Below, piece by piece: positions 9,334 to 19,400 of a stretch of 64,000 nt of DNA. How positions within the stretch are numbered: the first letter of the stretch is position 1; each line of letters opens with the position of its first letter. The notes beneath the pieces were generated by a model. That model searched no databases and was not told where the DNA came from. It saw nothing but the letters and a program-made list of their open reading frames with translations. Source of the DNA: Candidatus Oxydemutatoraceae bacterium (lineage in GTDB: Bacteria; Pseudomonadota; Gammaproteobacteria; Poriferisulfidales; Oxydemutatoraceae); NCBI GenBank assembly GCA_965220085.1, contig CBDCOZ010000003.1:1760001-1824000 (forward strand), in the 5' to 3' direction. Both the position numbers and the translations under genes were made by a program.

Positions 9334-9905
9334 TACTTGAATCCGTCGTCACTACGCGCAATCCCGACGGCAGCCCGCATATCGCGCCGCTCGGAGTCTG
9401 GGCGGACGATATGGCGCAACCGATACTGGCGCCTTTCAGGCCGTCGGCGACGCTTGACAACTTGATGCGCGAGAAGATTGCGGTCATCAACCGCACCGAC
9501 GATGTGCGGGTCTTCGCCGGCTGTCTGACCGGCCGTCGCGACTGGCCCCTGACGGCGGCGGCGGAGCTGCCGCTTGAACGGCTTGCGGACGCATTGAGCC
9601 ATAGCGAAGTGCGCATAATCGGCGTTGAGGAAGACGAACTGCGACCCAAGCTCCGTTGCGAGGTGGTGCGCGAAGAAACCCACGCGCCGTTCAACGGCTT
9701 TAACCGCGCGCAAGCCGCGGTGATAGAACTTGCGATACTCGTCAGCCGCTTGAATATGCTTGATAGCGACAAGATAGAACAGGAATTAAACTACCTTCAA
9801 ATAGCGATTGAAAAGACCGCCGGAGCCAGAGAGCTTGAAGCCTGGGGCTGGCTCATCGAAAAAATCAGGCAACACCCCGACCACAGCGCAATCGCACCGC
9901 GCTAA
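9327..9905 (+). CDS. DUF447 family protein (FMN-binding split-barrel-like; Orf21-like, H4MPT-linked)
   Basis: ILESVVTTRNPDGSPHIAPLGV, LAPFRPSATLDNL, DDVRVFAGCLTGRRDWP, FNGFNRAQAAVIELAILVSRL, YLQIAIEKTAG.RE.EAW.WL; RBS AAGGAG. Confidence 0.88.
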   Translation: MLILESVVTTRNPDGSPHIAPLGVWADDMAQPILAPFRPSATLDNLMREKIAVINRTDDVRVFAGCLTGRRDWPLTAAAELPLERLADALSHSEVRIIGVEEDELRPKLRCEVVREETHAPFNGFNRAQAAVIELAILVSRLNMLDSDKIEQELNYLQIAIEKTAGARELEAWGWLIEKIRQHPDHSAIAPR

Positions 9906-9983
9906 CACACGCCGCTCCCCTCGCACAAACTATCGCCTTCCCCTTAGCGGGCTGATCCGCGCCGATTATGACGCTCCCTTCCG

Positions 9984-10382
9984 GCATACTGCCGCCGGAC
10001 AGCACTCGCGGGGGAGTCGGCAAACTCAGGGCGAAGCCCGCAAGCGAATCGGCGAAGGGGGGCGAAGGTTTGCGCGAGATTGCTCTGCCCTCGCGAGTGC
10101 GAGGAGAAACTTTTGGAGCAACTGCCGCCGGTCGGCTCTCGCGAGGAGGCGGCAAACTCAGGGCGAAGCCCGCAAGCGAATCGGCGAAGGGGGGCGAAGG
10201 TTCGCGCGAGATTGCTCTGCCCTCACGAGCGCGAGGAGAAAGTTTTGGAGCAACTGCCGTCGGTCGGCTCTCGCAGGGGAGTCGGCAAACTCAGGGCGAA
10301 GCCCGCAAGCGAATCGGCGAAGGGGGGCGAAGGTTTGCGCGAGATTGCTCTGCCCTCACGAGCGCGAGGAGAAAGTTTGGAG
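9984..10382. repeat. Three tandem imperfect copies of a 132-133 bp palindrome-rich extragenic element
   Basis: GGCAAACTCAGGGCGAAGCCCGCAAGCGAATCGGCGAAGGGGGGCGAAGG starts at 10019, 10151 and 10284; multiple internal inverted repeats. Confidence 0.92.
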
Positions 10383-10402
10383 TAGCCGCCAAGCCATTCG
10401 CG

Positions 10403-10457
10403 AGTCAGCCCACAAGGGAGCGTACGGCGCGAGCGCTTCCCCGCAGGGGAGAGTGAT
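10403..10457 (-). other. Conserved 3' non-coding element after giant gene 1 (hairpin, no U-tract)
   Basis: Near-identical to 53690-53744 after giant gene 2; the 26-bp core GGAGCGTACGGCGCGAGCGCTTCCCC is identical. Confidence 0.8.
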
Positions 10458-13400
10458 TTATCGCAACGGGCCTTCCAAGAAGAGGCGCAGACGCAACCTC
10501 AGCACGCTGGCTTCCACAGTTATTGTCAACTCCAATTCCGAAGTTATTCCTTCTCTTTCGGCTTGAACCGTTATCATTTGATCTCCCGCGGTCAACGCGC
10601 TTGCGACAGTGATTACGCCCTCGGCGTTTATTGCGAACATTCCGCCCGCGTTATCGGTCAACTCCCAGATCGCATTCGTCACAGCATTGCCGTTCTCATC
10701 GCGCACCATCAGCGTGATGCCGGTCACCGCCGTGCCTTCCGCCGCATCTTCGGCGATGGCATTGGGAGCAGGGTCGCTATCGGTAATCGTCAGTGTCGCG
10801 GGGGCAAGCGGACTGGAAACTACTATCGTCAGCGTCAATTCGTTTGAAGCGAGTTCTCCTCTTCTGGCGCGAACCGTTATCGTTTGCTCTCCTGCGCTCA
10901 ACTCGCCTGCGACAGTGATTACGCCCGTATTGCTGCTTATTGCGAACATTCCGCCCGCGTTATCGGTCAACTCCCAGATCGCATTCGTCACAGCATTGCC
11001 GTTCTCATCGCGCACCATCAGCGTGATGCCGGTCACCGCCGTGCCTTCCGCCGCATCTTCGGCGATGGCATTGGGAGCAGGGTCGCTATCGGTAATCGTC
11101 AGTGTCGCGGGGGCAAGCGGACTGGAAACTACTATCGTCAGCGTCAATTCGTTTGAAGCGAGTTCTCCTCTTCTGGCGCGAACCGTTATCGTTTGCTCTC
11201 CTGCGCTCAACTCGCCTGCGACAGTGATTACGCCCGTATTGCTGCTTATTGCGAACATTCCGCCCGCGTTATCGGTCAACTCCCAGATCGCATTCGTCAC
11301 AGCATTGCCGTTCTCATCGCGCACCATCAGCGTGATGCCGGTCACCGCCGTGCCTTCCGCCGCATCTTCGGCGATGGCATTGGGAGCAGGGTCGCTATCG
11401 GTAATCGTCAGCGATGGGAGAGACGCCGCGGAACGGCTCGCTTCGCCGCCATTGACGACCGCCGTGATGTGATAGACAGCGGCGGCGGACGTAGCCGAGT
11501 CCGTATAGGAGTAGGTAACGCCGTTCTCGCCGTTCTCCTCGGTGATGTCATCCGCCGCCAGGCTCAGGGCCGCCCCGTTGCGGTAGAGGGCATAGCCGAC
11601 AGACGGCGGGACGACCGGCCAGTGTGAGATGTCCGGCGCAGTCCAACTCAGTGTTATGCCGGTGGCGCTGGTCGCGGAGATTTCCACATTTTGCGGGCCT
11701 TCGCGCAATTGATAACCGAATTCCTCCCAACTCGCCATGCCGTCATTGTTAAAGTCAATCTTCAACGCCGGGTATTGATCGGCGGCGCCGAAGTCCCAAT
11801 AGTCGGTCGGATTGCCATCGGCATCATTCGCGTTCCAGTTGGCATAGATGCCGGCATAGCTGGTCGGAGCCTGCAACTCAACGGTTGTCTGCGACGTAAT
11901 GCCGGCGGAAGTGCCCGACCTGATCGCGGCAGTCACGCCGGATGCCTCGGTATCCCAGTAGACCGCAATAAACTCAGGATCGTCGGTGCTATTCCTTCCG
12001 CCAATGCCGCCGGCGAATCGCGTAGCGGGGTCTACGAACGCGGTGGAATAGATATAGCTGAGGCGCGCATCTCTGAAGTGACCGATTAAGCCGCCGCCCA
12101 CGCCGCCGGCCACGCTAGCGGATGCATTTGTCGCATTTACATAACCGGTAGCATACGCGTGCTCCGCTCTGGGCTTGACCGTGGTGAGGAAGAAGGCGCT
12201 GCCAATCAGCCCGCCCGCCGTATTATCGCCATTTACGCGACCGCTCGCATAACTCAAGCGAACCGTGCCCCCTTTGTCCTGACCGAGTAACGAACCGGCA
12301 CGATAGCCTTGCACCGACACCGCCGAGTAGGAGCGTTCTATCGCGCCGCCGGCTGCCTGTTGCCCCGCCAGACCGCCGGTGTTGCCCCCCGCGCCGGCCA
12401 AAACCGAGCCGGTCACGCCGACATTTGTTATTGTGCCGCCGTCGCCAATCACGCCGAACAAGCCTTGGCTGTCCGCGTTGCGGTTGATGTGCAGGTTGGC
12501 AATCGTATTGCCATTGCCGTTGAATATCGCCGTAAAGTGATTGCCGCCATCGCCAATCGGCTCCCAACCTTCGCCGCTTGTCCATGCCGTATTCGTCGTG
12601 CCGGCGAAATCAAGCCCGTTCAATAATTCATATCCGGTGCAGGTGCTGGCACAACCCATGGCAACGGCGGCGTCGGGGAATGCCATTTCATAAGTAGTCT
12701 GGCTGCCCGTAGACGGCTTGCCGTCGCCATCCAGATCGTAGCGCACCGCGTCGAGTTGTTCCAGTGTCGTGATTTCTATCAGATTGTCGTCGTCACGGTC
12801 GTAGTCTGTCTCCGACGCGGGAGCCCTTATCACTTCAATGGTCACTGCCAACACATTGGACAGCACGCCCTCGCCGCCTTCAAGACCGCCGCCTGCCCGC
12901 GCTTGCGCCATGACTGTGTGTTGCGTTGCCGCATCGTAATCCAGCGCGCCACCGCGCGTCAGGCTGATGACGCCGGTGTCAGCGCCTATCCGGAACAGCT
13001 CCGCGGCGTCATCGACCAACATCCATGATACTTGGGGCCTTCCCTCGCCGGGGGCAAAGGTTGCCGCCAGCTCAACACCGTCCACTATGGCGCCTGCGTC
13101 GGCATTTTCGGCAATCGTATTGGCCTCCGCGTTCGTATCGCTGATGGCAAATTCATCAAATACATTCGCCACCTCTATCGTCATCCGGAACGGGGCCGAA
13201 GTCACTCCGCCGCTTGTGGCTTGAACTATGATCACGAAACTCGTCGATGATTCATAATCCAACGCCGCTGTCGCCGTAATCTCGCCGTTGATCGTGCTTA
13301 TCGCAAACCTGCCGACGGCGTTATCGCGCAGACCCCATGTCATCGGGCTCACCTCATCGCCGCCCTCATCGCGTACGATCAATTCTGCGCCCGACACCGC

Positions 13401-16400
13401 TTCGCTTAGCGGCGAATTTTCGGGGATTCTGTTCGCGGCAGGATCGTCGTCCGTAATCATCAGCGTCTCCAGCACATCCTCCACGGCTATCGGCAAGCCG
13501 ATGCTGCCGCTGACGCCGCCGGAAGCCGCCGTTACCGTTATCGTGTGGCTCGTCGCAGTCTCATAATCCAATGCGGCGCCTGTCGCAATCACGCCGGTAG
13601 CCGGATTGACCATAAACAAGGTGCTGGTTGAACTCCAAGTCAGCCCTTCCGTCACTTCCGTGCCCGCTTCGTCGGTCACGATAAGCCGGATGCCCGGCAC
13701 CCTGGTGCCTATGATTGCGTTCTCCGCGACCGCAATCATGGCTGTCCCCGTGCTGTCGGCATTTGTTACGGTCAGTGTCTCCGGAATATTCGTCACATCT
13801 ATCGTCAGTGCGACCGCCGACGAAGTGGTGCCGCCTTTTGCGACTTGAACCATCACCGTGTGGGTCGGGGTCGTCTCGTAGTCCGCCGTGCCAATCAATG
13901 TCACTTCGCCGCCGGTGGAACCGATTGCAAACAAGCCGCTCGGATCAGCCGCCAAGCTCCAAGTCAGCCCTTCTGTCACCGGCCTGCCGCCTTCGTCGGT
14001 CGCCGCGAAAACTATGCCGGCCACCGCGGTACCCGTAGTCGCCGTCTCCGCTATCGTGTTGGCATCCTCGTCGGAGTCTGTCGCAGTCAGGCTCTCCAAG
14101 ACATTCCCGACATTGACCTGCAATACAAAGTTGCTTGAATTCCCCTCGTGTGTCGCCCGAATCACCACCGTGTGGGTCGGGGTCGTCTCGTAATCCAACA
14201 TGCCGGTCAACGTAATCACGGCCGTGTCAGTCGCAATCGCAAACAGGCCGCCGGCGGCATCGCTCAGACTCCAAGTCACGCCGGTCATCAACTCGGCAGA
14301 GTCGGCATCTCGCGCGACCAGACGCGCGCCGGATAGCATCGTGCCTGTCGTCGCATCCTCGTCTATCGTCGCAAAGGCGTCAAAGCCATCGGTGTCAACA
14401 ATCCGAATGTTCTCATTGACCTCCAGTATCGTGATTGGCAAATCAAACGCATCCGAAGTCACGCCGTCTTTTGCGGCTTGAACCGTCACTGCGACGCTCG
14501 ACGAGGTCGCAAAATCCAACCTGTCGTCGGCAACCAGACTGATTACGCCCGTATCGGCGCTGATCGCGAACCGACCGCCGGCATCATCGCTCAGGCTCCA
14601 GGTCACATCGGTCACCGCCTCTGATTTTTCGTCGCTTGCGCTCAGTGTGATGCCCAGAACTTGCGTGCCGGACGTCGCATCTTCGGCAATCCTGTTCGCG
14701 TCGGCGTTGCCGTCGGCAACCGTCAGTCTCTCCAACACATCCCCGACCGCTATCGTCAGCGCGAACGGAGCGGAATCTATTCCGTCTTTCGCGGCTCGCA
14801 CTATGACCGCGTGGGTCGGGGTCGTCTCATGATCCAATGGCGCGGTCGCGGTGATTGCGCCGGCGGTTGAAATCGCAAACAAGCCGCCCGCATTATCGGT
14901 CAGACTCCAAAGCACATCGCGCACCGAATCGCCCGCTTCATTTTCTGCCGCCAAATCTATGCCCGACACCGCCGTGCCGCTCGCCGCGTTCTCAATAATC
15001 GTATCCTCGGCGGGATTGTTATCGACAATTTGCAAGGTCTCCAACACGTCCGTGACATCTATCGTCAGCGCAAACGGGTCCGAAATCACGCCGTCTTTGC
15101 TCGCTTGAGCCCTCACCGTATGACTCCGCAATGCCTCAATATCATAGTCCAATGTGTTTGCGGCAATCAGACTGATGACGCCCGTATCGGCGCTGATTGC
15201 GAACAGACCGCTCGCATCGGTCAGGCTCCAGGTCGCGCTGCTTACCGCATTGCCGCCCTCATCGGTCGCGGTCAGAGCGATGCCGGGCACCACGGCGCCG
15301 GTTGTCGCATCCTCGGCAAGCGCTATCGCGCCGCTGCCGCCGTTCGCTATCTTCAATTCCTCCAACAAATTCCGCACAACGACAGGCACATCCGTTGCGT
15401 TTGAATCCACCCCGTCTTTTGATACCCGCACTTGCAATGCATAGTCGGCAACATTCTCGGCATCCAGAGCCTCGCTCGTTACCTTCGTTACGCTGATTAC
15501 GCCTTGGTTATTTATCACAAATAAATCGCCGGCGCTTTCGGGCAGAGTCCATGTCAGGCCGTCGGTTACCTCATTGCCCGATTCATCCCGCACCGCAAAG
15601 GCGATGCCCGACACTATGACGCCCGCTAACGCATTCTCATCAATGCCGTTTGCCGCCGCGTTAATGTCTTCCAAGATCAGGCTCTCCAATACATTCCTCA
15701 GGGCTATCGACAGACTCAGCGGGGCCGAATCCACCCCGTCTTTTGTGACCGCAACCGTTACCGTGAAACTCGTCTGAGTTGACGTCTCATAATCCGGCGT
15801 CCTGTCTGCGGTGATGATGCCGCTATCCGGATCAATTGCAAACCTGCCGTCCGCATTCTCGGTCAATCTCCAGACCAACCCGTCTGCCGCCGCATTACCC
15901 GCTTCGTCAAGCGCCGCCAAATCTATGCCCGACACCGCCGTGGCCGTTGCCACATTCTCGACAATCTCGTTCGCAACGTCGTCTCTGTCGGTTATCGTCA
16001 GCGCCTCCAGCGCGTTTTGAACCTCTACCGTCAACTCAAACTCATCGCTTATGCCGGCTGCCGTTACCGCCACCGTCAGCATATGGGTCGGAGTCGTCTC
16101 ATAGTCCGCTTCGCCGACCAATGTAATCTCGCCGCCGGTCGTGCTTATCGCGAACAAGTTGCCCGGGTTCGCCGCCAGACTCCAAGTCAGCCCTTCTGTC
16201 ACCGGCCTGCCGCCTTCGTCGGTCACTGCGAAAGCTATGCCGGCCACCGCGGTACCCGAAGTCGCGTTCTCTGCGATTGTGTTCTCAGCGGTATCGCTGT
16301 CTGTGACGGTCAGCGTCTCCAACACATTCGTCACATGTATCGTCAGTTCAACCGCCGACGAAGTGATTCCGTCTTTTGCGACTTGAACCATCACCGTGTG

Positions 16401-19400
16401 GGTCGGGGTCGTCTCGTGGTCCGCCGCGCCGGTCAATGTAATCTCGCCGTTGGTGGAAGCGACCGCAAACAAGCCACTCGGGTCGGATGCCAAGCTCCAA
16501 TCCAGCCCTTCTGTCACTGGTCTGCCGCCTTCGTCGGTCACGACCAATGCGATGCCGCTCACCGCGCTACCCGAAGTCGCGTTCTCCGCTATCGTGTTGT
16601 CATCGCTATCGGAGTCTGTCACAGTCAGGCTCTCCAAGACATTCCCCACATTCACCCGCAATACAAAGTGACTTGAATTCTCCCCGGTCGTCGCCCGAAT
16701 CACCAACGTGTGGGTCGGGGTCGCCTCATAATCCAACATGCCGGCCAACGTAATCTCGCCACTGGTCGTGCCTATCGCAAACAGGCCGCCGGCGGTGTTT
16801 GTCAATTCCCAACTTACGCTGCTCAACTCAGCGCCGTCGGCATCTCTTGCGACAAGAGCCAAACCGGGCAGCGCATCGCCCGCCTCCGCATCCTCGTCTA
16901 TCGCCGCGGAGGTGTCATTGCCATCGGTGTCAACAATCAGAACATTTTCATTGACGTCCAGTATCGTGATCATCAATTCAAACATAGCCGAAGTCACTCC
17001 GTCTTTTTCAACTTGAACCATCACCGTGGCGCTCGACGAGGTCTCAAAATCCAGACTGTCGCCGACAATTAAGCGGATCATGCCGTTGGCATCTATTGCG
17101 AACAGGCCATCGCCACCGAACAAAGCCCATGTCAGGCCGGTCGTCACCGCAGAGCCCCCTTCGTCGGTCACTGTCAATGCGGTGCCGACTACCGCCGTAT
17201 CGGCTACCGCCGTCTCCACGATTACATTGTCAGCGTTGTCGCTGTCTGTGACGGTCAGTGTCTCCAACACATTCGTCACGTTTATCCTCAGTGTCACTAC
17301 GGCAGGCTGATAACCGTCGGCTTCGGCTGTTAACGTTACGGTATGGTTGCGCGCGGTTTCGTAGTCCAGCGTGTTGTCCGCAACCAAAGTGATGACACCG
17401 CTGGTACTGCCTACTGTGAACAAGCCGCTCGGATCGGTCAGGTTCCAGGTCACACTGCTTACGGCAGCGCCACTAGAGTCTTGTGCCGCCAGCGTTACAT
17501 CCGCTATCGCAGTACCCGCCGCTGCGTCTTCCGCTATCGTCGCTGTGTTGGCAGCGCCTGTCGCATCGGTGTCCGCAATCTGCAACTGCGGCAAGGTCTC
17601 ATCAACATCGGTCACCGCTATCGTCAGCGACAACTCGTTGGAATCTATGCCGTCCTTTGTCGCCTGCGCCATAACTGTGTGTTGCGATGATGCCTCGTAG
17701 TCCAGCGCACCCTCTGCGGTAATCACGCCACTGGCGCTGTTTATTGCAAACAGACCGCTCGCATCGATCAATCTCCAGACCACTTCGCTTACCGTAGCGC
17801 CACCTTCGTCGCTTGCGGTCAGAGCGATGCCCGGCACTACTGTGCCGGCTGGCGCATTCTCGGCTAGCTCTATCGCACCGCTGCCGCCGTTTGCTATCGT
17901 CAGCGTCTCCAACACATTCGTCACGTTTATCCTCAGTGTCACTACGGCAGGCTGATAACCGTCGGCTTCGGCTGTTAACGTTACGGTATGGCTGCGCGCG
18001 GTTTCGTAGTCCAGCGTGTTGTCCGCAACCAAAGTGATGACACCGCTGGTACTGCCTACTGTGAACAAGCCGCTCGGATCGGTCAGGCTCCAAATCACTC
18101 CGTTCACCGTAGCGCCGCCAGAGTCTTGTGCCGCCAGCGTTACATCCGCTATCGCAGTGCCTGCTGATGCGTCCTCCGCTATCGTCGCTGTGTTGGCATC
18201 GCCTGCCGCATCGGTGTCCGCAATCTGCAACTGCGGCAGGGTCTCGTCAATATCGGTCACCGCAATGGTCACTTCTATTGTGTCGCTGACAGTGCCCGTT
18301 GAAGCCTGTGCGATTATCGTGTGGCTCTGCGTTGTCTCATAATCCAATGCGCCCGCCAACGTCACGACTCCGCTTTCAGAGTCAATCGCAAACCGACCTC
18401 CCGCGTTATTGCTTAGATCCCATGCGAAGTCTGTGCCGCCGGTCAGAGACAGACTGCCTTCGCTCGCGGTCAGGATGATGCCCGGCACCACGGCGCCGAC
18501 CGCCGCATTCTCGGCGAGCTCTATCGCACCCATGCCGCTGTTCGCTACCGTCAATGTCTCCAACACATTCGTTACGGCAATGGTCACTGCTATTGTCTCG
18601 CTGACAGCGCCGGTTGAGGCTCGCGCCGTTATCGTGTGGCTCTGTGCCATCTCATAATCCAATGCGCCCGCCAACGTGACGACTCCGCTTTCAGAGTCAA
18701 TCGCAAACAAACTGCCCGCGGCATCGCTTAGATCCCATGCGAAGTCCGTGCCGCCGGTCAGAGGCAGACTGCCTTCGCTCGCGGTCAAGGCGATGCCCGG
18801 TACCACGGCGCCGACGGTCGCATTCTCGGCAAGCGCTATCGCACCGCTGCCGCCGTTCGCTACCGTCAGTGTCTCCGCCACATTCGTTACGGCAATAGTC
18901 ACTTCTATTGTGCTGCTGACAGTGCCCGTTGAGGCTTGCGCCGTTATCGTGTGGCTCTGCGCTGTCTCATAATCCAATGCGCCCGCCACCGTGACCACTC
19001 CGCTTTCAGAGTCAATCGCAAACCGACCGACGGCGTCATCGCTTAGCTCCCATGTGAAGTCTGTGCCGCCGGTCAGAGGCAGACTGCCTTCGCTCGCGGT
19101 CAAGGTGATGCCCGGTACCACGGTGCCGACGGTCGCATTCTCGGCAAGCGCTATCGCAGCGCTGCCGCCGTTCGCTACCGTCAGTGTCTCCGCCACATTC
19201 GTCACGGCAATGGTCACCTCTATTGTCTCGCTGACAGCGCCCGTTGAGGCTTGTGCGATTATCGTGTGGCTCTGTGCCATCTCATAATCCAATGCGCCCG
19301 CCAACGTGACGACTCCGCTTTCAGAGTCAATCGCAAACCGACCGACGGCGTCATCGCTTAGCTCCCATGTGAAGTCTATGCCGCCGGTCAGAGGCAGACT

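Larger units (their letters stand above)
8810..9394 (+). repeat. Three tandem copies (193, 193, 194 bp) of the orf20/orf21 gene junction
   Basis: CTCGGCAAGCGCTAT starts at 8810, 9003 and 9196; a final CTCGG at 9390 continues into unique orf21 sequence. The copies differ by substitutions and one extra G. Confidence 0.95.

Noticed and set aside
8810-10382. 193-bp and 132-bp repeats as CRISPR arrays
   Set aside because: Units are far too long, have no unique spacers, and there are no cas genes.
10417-10457. 3' hairpin as a classical intrinsic terminator
   Set aside because: No U-tract follows on the mRNA strand, so it is reported as an unexplained conserved element.
10458-10502. Tail as a SecM/RAPP-type arrest peptide, BAM beta-signal or 3C protease site (LEVLFQGP)
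   Set aside because: Only superficial similarity: no RAGP/RAPP, no terminal aromatic residue or barrel, and no Gln-Gly bond.
9808-10566. Plus-strand ORFs across the 132-bp repeat
   Set aside because: All three frames are open because of GC-rich, stop-poor sequence; the units change frame (132 versus 133 bp) and show no recognisable domain.
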